Below, piece by piece: positions 43,449 to 49,715 of a DNA stretch of 49,715 bases. This stretch comes from Escherichia phage JohannLBurckhardt. The position numbers and the translations under genes are program-made. Under the pieces are notes generated by a model. It saw only the letters and a list, made by a program, of their open reading frames with translations, was not told the origin of the DNA and made no database searches. The stretch lies in sequence record MZ501085. One strand, written 5' to 3'. Within the stretch, counting starts at the first letter, position 1. Each line of letters opens with the position of its first letter.

Positions 43449-43984
43449 TGATCAAATTTGAGCTTTGGGGTTACACGTACCATCTGCGCGGCACTTACGG
43501 CGTTGCAATCGTTGACCTGGACGGCACGCTTTCTGACGGCACGCACCGATTGCACCTGCTACCAACAAAGGACTTGCACCTCACCGAAAGTTGGAGCGAG
43601 TTTAACAAGGCTGCTGTAAACGATAAGCCGATTCAGAGCACGATTGATGTTGTGCGTAACCTTTGGCGTGCTGGAATGGGCGTCGTTATCCTGACTGGTC
43701 GCAGTGACGAGGTGGAAACCGACACTATCCTTTGGCTCGACCGCCACAAGGTGAAATATGACTGGCTTATCATGCGCCGCGCAGAGGATAACCGCAAAGA
43801 CACCGTTATCAAAGAGGAGGTGTTGCGTGCAATCGGTCTGCATCATATTACGTGCGCCTTTGACGATTCGCCAAACGTGATCAGCCATTTTCGCAGCCTG
43901 GGAATCACAACCTATCAGGTGACGGAATACGACAAGCCGCACTCTCATTTACAGAGTCACGGCGTGGATGAATTAGATGGATAA
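43448..43984 (+). CDS. HAD-superfamily phosphatase (polynucleotide 3'-phosphatase/nucleotidase-like)
   Basis: 178 aa; motif I VDLDGTL (DxDGT), later ILTGR and FDD motifs. Confidence 0.6.
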   Translation: MIKFELWGYTYHLRGTYGVAIVDLDGTLSDGTHRLHLLPTKDLHLTESWSEFNKAAVNDKPIQSTIDVVRNLWRAGMGVVILTGRSDEVETDTILWLDRHKVKYDWLIMRRAEDNRKDTVIKEEVLRAIGLHHITCAFDDSPNVISHFRSLGITTYQVTEYDKPHSHLQSHGVDELDG

Positions 43985-44189
43985 GATCGTAACCTGGATT
44001 TTCGGATCGGTGATTACCGCTCTATCCGTCCTGCTGGTGCTCATAATTGGGGCGGCGGTATACATGGCAGCGAGCGACGATTACACCTGCGAGAAAACAG
44101 GCCGCCAGGTTCTTGTGATGATTCCGGCTGGTAAAGTAATGGTTCCTATCATGCAGGACGAAACTATTTGCAAGAGGGTTGAGAAATGA
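43977..44189 (+). CDS. small membrane protein
   Basis: 70 aa; N-terminal TM helix. Confidence 0.5.
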   Translation: MDKIVTWIFGSVITALSVLLVLIIGAAVYMAASDDYTCEKTGRQVLVMIPAGKVMVPIMQDETICKRVEK

Positions 44190-44401
44190 TTGTGACGCAC
44201 AACGTAGAGCAGAGCGAAAACACCGCGCAGGATATGATTGCCGGAATGACGCCAAAATCTCACAGAATGGTGCGAGTGTGGGGTTTTCAGGGCAATGTAA
44301 GCCAAACGCTCAAGGAAATTTTAGACCTGCCACAAGTTGATACAGCGCTTGTGGGGGTGCATACAAACGAATATGTTTCTTTCCACATTGTGACAAAGTG
44401 A
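44186..44401 (+). CDS. hypothetical protein
   Basis: 71 aa; ATGA overlap. Confidence 0.5.
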   Translation: MIVTHNVEQSENTAQDMIAGMTPKSHRMVRVWGFQGNVSQTLKEILDLPQVDTALVGVHTNEYVSFHIVTK

Positions 44402-44407
44402 GGACTC

Positions 44408-44617
44408 ATGATCTTGAATGTTGCCTTTGCCAATCCGAGAGGGTGCAATATTTACGGCTTCAAGGTTGGCGCAGCGGTTAACGCCAGGCGCGACGACAAA
44501 GGGAGGCTCATAGTAAAGGCTCCCAAAACTGGAGTTGATATGTGGATAAAGGAGAACGGCGTACGGCTATTTATCCGCTCAATGTCGGGGCAAACGCTAG
44601 CGACTTTCACAAAATAG
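44408..44617 (+). CDS. hypothetical protein
   Basis: 69 aa; stop TAG is first triplet of motif site i. Confidence 0.5.
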   Translation: MILNVAFANPRGCNIYGFKVGAAVNARRDDKGRLIVKAPKTGVDMWIKENGVRLFIRSMSGQTLATFTK

Positions 44618-44657
44618 CACGAATTGCTAAAACGCGCTCCGCCAGGGGCGCTACAAT
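44615..44657 (+). promoter_or_regulatory. palindrome-type promoter element (site i)
   Basis: TAGCA-cgaat-TGCTA, 22 nt, TACAAT; leader resembles that of the 21665 promoter (TACAATGCAC..ATACCAAC). Confidence 0.6.
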
Positions 44658-44689
44658 GCACCCATACCAACCAACGAGAGGAAAGCAAG

Positions 44690-44923
44690 ATGCAAGCAAA
44701 GATTAAAACCATTGGCGGATACACCGGAATGAAAAACGTCAAGCTGCCGCTGACACTAAAGGCGGTTTCCAGTGGTTACGGCACGGTTGATGTGAGCATG
44801 GCGGAACTGATTCACCACGGCTATGATTTTGCAGCAGGTCAGGCAGACGAAATCCCGGACTGCGAACCAAACGCTCAAACACTAACTTTCATCATCGGAT
44901 CAGAGGCGGAGATTGTAGAATGA
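44690..44923 (+). CDS. hypothetical protein
   Basis: 77 aa from ATG 44690 (RBS GAGAGGAAA). Confidence 0.5.
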   Translation: MQAKIKTIGGYTGMKNVKLPLTLKAVSSGYGTVDVSMAELIHHGYDFAAGQADEIPDCEPNAQTLTFIIGSEAEIVE

Positions 44924-45150
44924 AATATCAGATTTTTAAGGCAGTAGACAAGCTGGACGGCGATGTATCACTTTTCGCTTTTGATGAGCAAGAAAACTAC
45001 ACAGTCATTTATCACTCTGACTACATGCTTGGAAGGCTGGTTGAGGAGATTAAATCCGGCAAAGGTTGCCACTGGTCAGCGGATTCAATCAGCTACCCGC
45101 GCCGCAATGATATGGTTAATCCGGTTCTGCTTTGCGAGATTGAAGCATGA
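44920..45150 (+). CDS. hypothetical protein (MK..I family-like)
   Basis: 76 aa; ATGA overlap. Confidence 0.5.
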   Translation: MKYQIFKAVDKLDGDVSLFAFDEQENYTVIYHSDYMLGRLVEEIKSGKGCHWSADSISYPRRNDMVNPVLLCEIEA

Positions 45151-45338
45151 AGTGCATACGGTCAACATACGATATATTCAAGGCTGGTGAAAGTTACCAG
45201 CTAATTGAGAAAGGCCAGGCTGGGCGGTTCACGGTGTACGAATACACCGACGCGCAAGGTTGGGTTTACACGTTCGGACTTGACGAGAACGGCGAGAACG
45301 AAACAGACGGCAATTTCATTAAATTTACAAAGGAGTAA
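45147..45338 (+). CDS. hypothetical protein (MK.IR / AGK.Y family)
   Basis: 63 aa; MKCIRSTYDIFKAGESYQLIE. Confidence 0.5.
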   Translation: MKCIRSTYDIFKAGESYQLIEKGQAGRFTVYEYTDAQGWVYTFGLDENGENETDGNFIKFTKE

Positions 45339-45342
45339 CAAG

Positions 45343-45573
45343 ATGATTGAGATTCTATTCGAGGGCAACTCTAAGCCATTCAACGGCGTACAGATCCACA
45401 AAGACGCAACGCACGCGGTAGCGGGTCGCAATTTCGGTACTTACTTTAAGCTCAATGGGGAATGGTATTTTACTGTTTTCACCTGCCACGCGCTTAAAGC
45501 AACGGTTGCGTCTCATGACTTTGATATCCGCGATCACATAAGAGACGACGCAAAAATCACAGCGCTTAAATAG
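45343..45573 (+). CDS. hypothetical protein
   Basis: 76 aa from ATG 45343 (RBS AAGGAG); stop TAG is first triplet of motif site j. Confidence 0.5.
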   Translation: MIEILFEGNSKPFNGVQIHKDATHAVAGRNFGTYFKLNGEWYFTVFTCHALKATVASHDFDIRDHIRDDAKITALK

Positions 45574-45614
45574 CACTTTTTGCTAAAGACTTTCCGCGAG
45601 GCCATTGATATAGT
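45571..45614 (+). promoter_or_regulatory. palindrome-type promoter element (site j)
   Basis: TAGCA-ctttt-TGCTA, 23 nt, TATAGT inside GAGGCCA/TGGCCTC inverted repeat. Confidence 0.6.
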
Positions 45615-45652
45615 GGCCTCATTGAAAGCAACCACGCAAACAGGAGATAAAA

Positions 45653-45811
45653 ATGCGTAACTTTGAGAAAATCCGCACTAACAAAGACCGTCGCGCCGCT
45701 GGTGAGATTGTGGACTCACACCGTCGCCGCAAGAAAACCCAAAAGCGCGGGAGTGCGGAAAAGCGCATGGATTGGGATCAGCTTCAAACTAACTACAAGG
45801 CAGGTCGATAA
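45653..45811 (+). CDS. small basic (Arg/Lys-rich) protein (52 aa)
   Basis: ATG after CAGGAG; stop TAA overlaps the kinase ATG; the longer track ORF 45663..45905 is in another frame and overlaps the kinase gene. Confidence 0.45.
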   Translation: MRNFEKIRTNKDRRAAGEIVDSHRRRKKTQKRGSAEKRMDWDQLQTNYKAGR

Positions 45812-46380
45812 TGAAAAAGGTTATTATCCTCAACGCGCCGCCAGGTGCTGGCAAAGATACGGTTGGCAACCTGATTTGCAAGCACGCGCCGCAATACATT
45901 GTTAAGCGCTCGTTCAAAGAGCCGATGTTTAAGATAGCAAAAGCCATGCTGGGCGATTATCGTTTCAGCCTGTTTATGCAAGCGTATGACGACAGGGAGC
46001 GGAAGGAAAGAGCACAACCATTCCTGAATGGTAAATCTCCGCGCCAGTTTATGATCTGGATTAGCGAGGACGTGATAAAACCTCAGTTTGGGGATCAGTA
46101 TTTTGGCGCAGTAATGGCTGAGGCAGTGCGCGATAGCCATGCCCCGATTGTCATTACTGACGGCGGTTTCCCCGATGAAGTTAAGCCGCTGGTCAGCGCT
46201 GGCATTCAGGTAAATATTTGCCGCCTACATCGAGACGGCTACACGTTCGCCGGAGATAGCCGAGACTATCTCAACCTTGGGGGCTACCATCACCGAATCG
46301 TGACGCGGGATTATATTATGGTGCATGGTGATCCAATGCACACGGTAGACCAGATTTGCGAGGATATACTAAGTGATTAG
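45811..46380 (+). CDS. P-loop kinase (dNMP kinase / polynucleotide kinase-like)
   Basis: 189 aa; N-terminal Walker A LNAPPGAGKDTVG. Confidence 0.55.
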   Translation: MKKVIILNAPPGAGKDTVGNLICKHAPQYIVKRSFKEPMFKIAKAMLGDYRFSLFMQAYDDRERKERAQPFLNGKSPRQFMIWISEDVIKPQFGDQYFGAVMAEAVRDSHAPIVITDGGFPDEVKPLVSAGIQVNICRLHRDGYTFAGDSRDYLNLGGYHHRIVTRDYIMVHGDPMHTVDQICEDILSD

Positions 46381-46476
46381 CACACCGAACGATCCAAAAG
46401 AGCCGTTTGACTTCCACAAGGCCGCCGTTATCGGCCTTACAATCCTAACTGTCATTTACACTGTACGAGGTATTTT

Positions 46477-46674
46477 ATGGCTGTTAACACACTAAAGCGA
46501 ATTGGCGTTATCATGCTAATTATCGGAGGGTCATTACTAACAGAGCCAGGTTTTGCAAACGCGGCTGGAAGTATGGCGCTGTTAATCGGCGGTCTTATTG
46601 GCGGCTACATGGACGGCGTAAAGGCTGGACGGCGTGAGGCGTTCGGCGGCGAAGATAAAAATCCGATCAAATAG
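46477..46674 (+). CDS. small membrane protein
   Basis: 65 aa; Gly-rich hydrophobic segments; stop TAG is first triplet of site k. Confidence 0.5.
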   Translation: MAVNTLKRIGVIMLIIGGSLLTEPGFANAAGSMALLIGGLIGGYMDGVKAGRREAFGGEDKNPIK

Positions 46675-46714
46675 CACGAATTGCTAAAACTTCCGCGAGG
46701 GCATTTGATAAAGT
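46672..46714 (+). promoter_or_regulatory. palindrome-type promoter element (site k)
   Basis: TAGCA-cgaat-TGCTA, 22 nt, TAAAGT in imperfect inverted repeat. Confidence 0.6.
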
Positions 46715-46755
46715 GTCCTCATTGAAGTAAAGCAACCAATCAAGGAGATAACGAA

Positions 46756-47034
46756 ATGGCTACTATCCGCAAACACCTGGTAAACGCATTCGAGAACGTT
46801 GGCGAGAGCTACGGCTGGGATGATGGACTAAAAACACCGTACACGGCACGCCGTCAAGGTTTCAAAACACTGCGCGAGTGGGCGCGTTGCATGGCGGCTA
46901 ACTACATGCCGGAGAACTGGCAACTCATGCCTGACACTCTGCGCGAAATGATCGAAGAAGCACAGGCGGCGGGTGTGCCACTCACTCAGCATGATTTTGA
47001 CGCGTTCGCAGAGGAGGAGATTTCATGCTGGTGA
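46756..47034 (+). CDS. hypothetical protein
   Basis: 92 aa; RBS AAGGAG. Confidence 0.5.
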   Translation: MATIRKHLVNAFENVGESYGWDDGLKTPYTARRQGFKTLREWARCMAANYMPENWQLMPDTLREMIEEAQAAGVPLTQHDFDAFAEEEISCW

Positions 47035-47219
47035 AAATCCGCACTGATTATGAGGACTCGCCGTGGATAGCGGCGGGTAAGATTTACGAGGCGGTATTGG
47101 TCAAAACAGGCCGCTACGCAGGAATGTATAAGTTTATTGGGGAGTTAGGCTCCCCGTGCTACACAAGGCTTGAGCGTTCAATTCACATCGGCGGGAAAGA
47201 TTGGGAGATTGTAGAATGA
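47025..47219 (+). CDS. hypothetical protein (MK.IR / AGK.Y family)
   Basis: 64 aa; IAAGKIYEA motif. Confidence 0.5.
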   Translation: MLVKIRTDYEDSPWIAAGKIYEAVLVKTGRYAGMYKFIGELGSPCYTRLERSIHIGGKDWEIVE

Positions 47220-47653
47220 AATATTATGTACGCCCTACTGTAGATGGTGAAAACTTTACTGCTGGCAAGCTCTACGAGATCCAGCATGTTTTCGGCGGAG
47301 GTCGCGTTGTAGTGCTCAACGATGCAAAAGAGGAAATCATTGTGCGGTGCGATGGTGTTGTGTCGGCTCGCCTGGATTGGCGCGGGAAGTTTGATCGCGT
47401 GAACATCCCAAGCGCTCAAGAGGCGATGGAGCAAGCGCTCAAAACTGCGGAGTGGACAATTAGCAAGATCGGCTCCATGAACATAAGCGACGGCAAAATC
47501 TACGCAAGCGCATCGCCTCGCAACGAGTACGCCGAAGTGCTGGAACAGCTACGCGAAATTCTGCGCGTGCCAGAGGGCGAGAATATCCTGACTCATGCGA
47601 AAGTTGTTCGCGTGCTGGCTGATGGGTTGATCAACCTCCAGAAAACGAAATAG
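47216..47653 (+). CDS. hypothetical protein (MK.IR / AGK.Y family N-terminus)
   Basis: 145 aa from ATG 47216 (ATGA overlap); FTAGKLYEI motif; stop TAG starts site l. Confidence 0.5.
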   Translation: MKYYVRPTVDGENFTAGKLYEIQHVFGGGRVVVLNDAKEEIIVRCDGVVSARLDWRGKFDRVNIPSAQEAMEQALKTAEWTISKIGSMNISDGKIYASASPRNEYAEVLEQLREILRVPEGENILTHAKVVRVLADGLINLQKTK

Positions 47654-47693
47654 CACTTTTTGCTAAAACTCCGATGGGGTAGGCTGGTATAGT
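47651..47693 (+). promoter_or_regulatory. palindrome-type promoter element (site l)
   Basis: TAGCA-ctttt-TGCTA, 22 nt, TATAGT inside GGGGTA/TACCCC inverted repeat; leader ATCGAAACGAAAC. Confidence 0.6.
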
Positions 47694-47725
47694 TACCCCA
47701 TCGAAACGAAACGGAGACACCAAAA

Positions 47726-47938
47726 ATGAAAATTCGCATTACCAACGTACACAACCGCAAAACCCCAGAGGAATTAACCCTCGAGGAGTGCGGATTCAAG
47801 GTTGGCGACGTGGTAGAAATCGACGGTCACTTTAATGATGGGTCTTACTGCGTGATTGCTATCAGAAACACTGATTACATCTTTAAGGGTGATAACGTTA
47901 GCGTAGGCAAAGACGAGTGCGAGGTTGTAGAAGAATGA
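47726..47938 (+). CDS. hypothetical acidic protein (MK.IR family-like)
   Basis: 70 aa; MKIRITNVHN N-terminus. Confidence 0.5.
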   Translation: MKIRITNVHNRKTPEELTLEECGFKVGDVVEIDGHFNDGSYCVIAIRNTDYIFKGDNVSVGKDECEVVEE

Positions 47939-48171
47939 TCACGATTAACCTTTCAGACGAGCAAGCGCGTGAATTGCTGAAAGCTACCGGATGGGGCGAC
48001 ATGATGCCCCGCCACCTTGAGCAAGAGATTTTCCGCCAGCTTGAGAATAAGCTGACACCGCCAGGAACCGAACAGGCTAACCTGGCGGCATGGCGAGCAG
48101 AGGTTGGTTACACTGCAAAGGCTGTCGAGGACTGGAAACGCAAACACGAAACGATGGAGGGATTTGAATGA
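47935..48171 (+). CDS. hypothetical protein
   Basis: 78 aa from ATG 47935 (ATGA overlap). Confidence 0.5.
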   Translation: MITINLSDEQARELLKATGWGDMMPRHLEQEIFRQLENKLTPPGTEQANLAAWRAEVGYTAKAVEDWKRKHETMEGFE

Positions 48172-48512
48172 TTTTTGTACACACTTACAAGATCGGAACC
48201 AACGAGAACAAGAAAGAGCGCCGCGCTCTTTGGGATGCTGAGGAGCAAGCGCTGGCGCAGCAGCGAGTTTTAGGTGGTGTCGTTCAGGCGTTTGAATCTA
48301 TTGAAAACATTGAAACCGAGTACGCAGAGCGAGAGCACATTAAAGAGCTTGTTATTGACGAGGTGGCTTGTTTGATTGATGATCTGACAACCGACGCGCC
48401 AGGCTCTCCACGAAACTATGAGCCAGGTTCGGCGGAGTGGGATAGCTGGAAGGTGAAAACGCTTAATAACCTCCGCAATATCCTTGATGGAAAATTTAAC
48501 GAAATTCGATAG
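48168..48512 (+). CDS. hypothetical protein
   Basis: 114 aa; ATGA overlap. Confidence 0.5.
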   Translation: MIFVHTYKIGTNENKKERRALWDAEEQALAQQRVLGGVVQAFESIENIETEYAEREHIKELVIDEVACLIDDLTTDAPGSPRNYEPGSAEWDSWKVKTLNNLRNILDGKFNEIR

Positions 48513-48568
48513 TGTTTAAAGCGCCTCAGAGCGATTCTAAGAGGCGCAAAAATTGGAGGTATGATTGC

Positions 48569-48697
48569 ATGGATAACTACGAAAAACCGTCTCAGTGGTG
48601 CGCACGCAAGCAGGAGGAAGCGCTTGAGCACGGCGACCATGAATCAGCTTTAGACTATTTCCAGATGTTCCAACTTTGGCAGAGCAGGGGGCTATAA
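48569..48697 (+). CDS. small protein (42 aa)
   Basis: ATG 48569, GGAGG 9 nt upstream; preceded by hairpin GCGCCTC...GAGGCGC. Confidence 0.4.
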   Translation: MDNYEKPSQWCARKQEEALEHGDHESALDYFQMFQLWQSRGL

Positions 48698-48698
48698 A

Positions 48699-48929
48699 AT
48701 GTTCGGATTGAACGAGGCAGAATTCAACATCGTCAAGCGTGCGGCAAAAGATTGCGTAAACGATATCGCTGATCGCATTGAGCAGAAGGATGAAAAATAT
48801 GATCGCATAGCTGCGGGTATTATCTGCAAACACTATCAGCCAGTTAGCACCCTCTTGACCAAAACGCAATTTATTTGGCTAGCCGGATATCTGCGCGGGC
48901 GCTGGGGAAAGAATTTTGACCGCGAATGA
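48699..48929 (+). CDS. hypothetical protein
   Basis: 76 aa. Confidence 0.5.
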   Translation: MFGLNEAEFNIVKRAAKDCVNDIADRIEQKDEKYDRIAAGIICKHYQPVSTLLTKTQFIWLAGYLRGRWGKNFDRE

Positions 48930-49020
48930 TTGACGTCACGGCTCTGATTGGTTAACCTAAGCCCCGTGAACATAAGAACGGCCTTTTAGCCGAACGAGTA
49001 GCGCGGAGCTACACAACAAC

Positions 49021-49066
49021 GGCGCTATGCTGGTGTATAACCGTAAGACGTAGCGCCTTTTTTTTA
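49021..49066 (+). terminator. long-loop hairpin with 9-T tract (terminator or structured RNA 3' end)
   Basis: GGCGCTA...(23-nt loop)...TAGCGCC followed by TTTTTTTTT; preceded by small hairpin GTAGC-gcgga-GCTAC. Confidence 0.5.
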
Positions 49067-49078
49067 CAGGAGAAAGCA

Positions 49079-49246
49079 ATGAAACGATATCCAGAAGAAA
49101 CAGCCAAAGTGACCATCATCGTAGAGCGAAACGGCGTTAAGACTCGCTACAAGAAACGATTCAAGAAAGGCGAGGCGATGTTAGGCCGAATCTCTGACTT
49201 CATGATCAAGATCCAAGAGGATAAGCCAGATGAAGTGGAAGGTTAA
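49079..49246 (+). CDS. small basic protein (55 aa)
   Basis: ATG after ACAGGAGAAAGCA, a 20-nt initiation region identical to that of ssb; not in track. Confidence 0.4.
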   Translation: MKRYPEETAKVTIIVERNGVKTRYKKRFKKGEAMLGRISDFMIKIQEDKPDEVEG

Positions 49247-49415
49247 GCTGACCATCCGGCGAATGGGGCGACAATGCCGCTCCTGCAAGCAAGTTTTTGA
49301 ATGCGAGGTTTCAGCCTCAAACGAGGTAGAGGCGGCGCAGTTTGCAAAAGAGCTTTCTGGCGCAGATCCAGAAACACATAAATTTTCAATCGACTATTTA
49401 AGGAGCTTATCATGA
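49230..49415 (+). CDS. hypothetical protein (Cys-containing, possible zinc-ribbon)
   Basis: 61 aa; CRSCKQVFEC; overlaps previous ORF by about 17 nt. Confidence 0.45.
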   Translation: MKWKVKLTIRRMGRQCRSCKQVFECEVSASNEVEAAQFAKELSGADPETHKFSIDYLRSLS

Positions 49416-49645
49416 TTTTAGGTTTTGTAATTGGATTCATTGCCGCTATCGCTATGGTTTTGGTTGTTGGTGGAATTGCGCAGAAATACGCAATCAAAAA
49501 AGGCTGGTACGCCTCCGCGATCTGGATTGAAAAAGAGAAGTGCTGGAAAGTGCGCGGCCGATTCCTCAGTGTGGCATCAAAGATTCACTCTGGAATCCTT
49601 GAAGAATACCGCTCAGGGCGGAAAACCGTCAAATACGTAGAATAA
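49412..49645 (+). CDS. small membrane protein
   Basis: 77 aa; N-terminal TM helix; RBS AAGGAG; last gene before terS. Confidence 0.5.
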   Translation: MILGFVIGFIAAIAMVLVVGGIAQKYAIKKGWYASAIWIEKEKCWKVRGRFLSVASKIHSGILEEYRSGRKTVKYVE

Positions 49646-49649
49646 CCGA

Positions 49650-49675
49650 AGCCCCGCGTTTGCGGGGTTTTTTTG
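49650..49675 (+). terminator. rho-independent terminator
   Basis: CCCCGC-gttt-GCGGGG followed by 7 T; then TTATAAT and the SD for terS at window end. Confidence 0.85.
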
Positions 49676-49715
49676 TGCCTGTTATAATTGGCCTCCAACA
49701 AGAGGAGGATTAACC

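Noticed and set aside
45663-45905. 80-aa ORF from TTG
   Set aside because: Overlaps the P-loop kinase gene; the in-frame-with-SD alternative 45653..45811 fits the compact operon.
48930-49078. tRNA gene in the structured noncoding gap
   Set aside because: No cloverleaf-compatible stems, no T-loop GTTCRANYC-like sequence; hairpins fit a terminator better.
1-49715. CRISPR arrays, integrase, CI/Cro lysogeny switch, attachment sites
   Set aside because: No regularly spaced direct repeats with spacers, no tyrosine or serine recombinase-like ORF, no immunity region; consistent with a virulent phage.

Overview
The window reads as a complete, circularly permuted genome (about 49.7 kb) of a virulent T1-like siphovirus of an enterobacterial host. 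Coordinate 1 is the ATG of the putative small terminase gene, and the last 30 nt of the window carry the Shine-Dalgarno (GAGGAGG) for that ATG. Layout: 1-19.8 kb is a + strand late morphogenesis operon (terminases, portal, Mu F-like head protein, capsid, tail chaperone with a -1 frameshift, tape measure, lambda M/L/K/I/J-like tail-tip genes). 19.8-21.2 kb is a - strand 3-gene cluster, followed by an AT-rich divergent control region. 21.7-24.3 kb is a recombination module (PD-(D/E)XK exonuclease, Erf, SSB). 24.3-28.3 kb on the - strand holds an L-shaped tail fibre with a C-terminal chaperone domain, a primase and an HTH protein. 28.4-35.2 kb holds helicase, VRR-NUC nuclease, Dam methylase, a metallophosphoesterase and the lysis cassette (pinholin, SAR endolysin, unimolecular spanin). 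35.2-40.3 kb is a block of - strand genes (P-loop NTPase, C5-methyltransferase-like protein, small proteins). 40.4-41.1 kb is a second AT-rich control region, and 41.1-49.6 kb carries about 30 small + strand genes. I found no tRNA, CRISPR array, integrase or repressor. The most notable signal is regulatory: at least 16 copies of a TAGCA-N5-TGCTA palindrome sit 22 bp upstream of a -10-like hexamer at cistron boundaries on both strands. Other signals are two AT-rich control regions sharing a direct repeat, a multi-member family of small MK.IR...AGK.Y proteins, and a - strand cluster after gene J that may be a receptor-binding or exclusion module. Family assignments come from motif recognition by eye, not from searches. 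Coordinates of CDS ends follow the ORF track; starts were re-chosen from RBS context; regulatory coordinates are good to about +/-2 nt.
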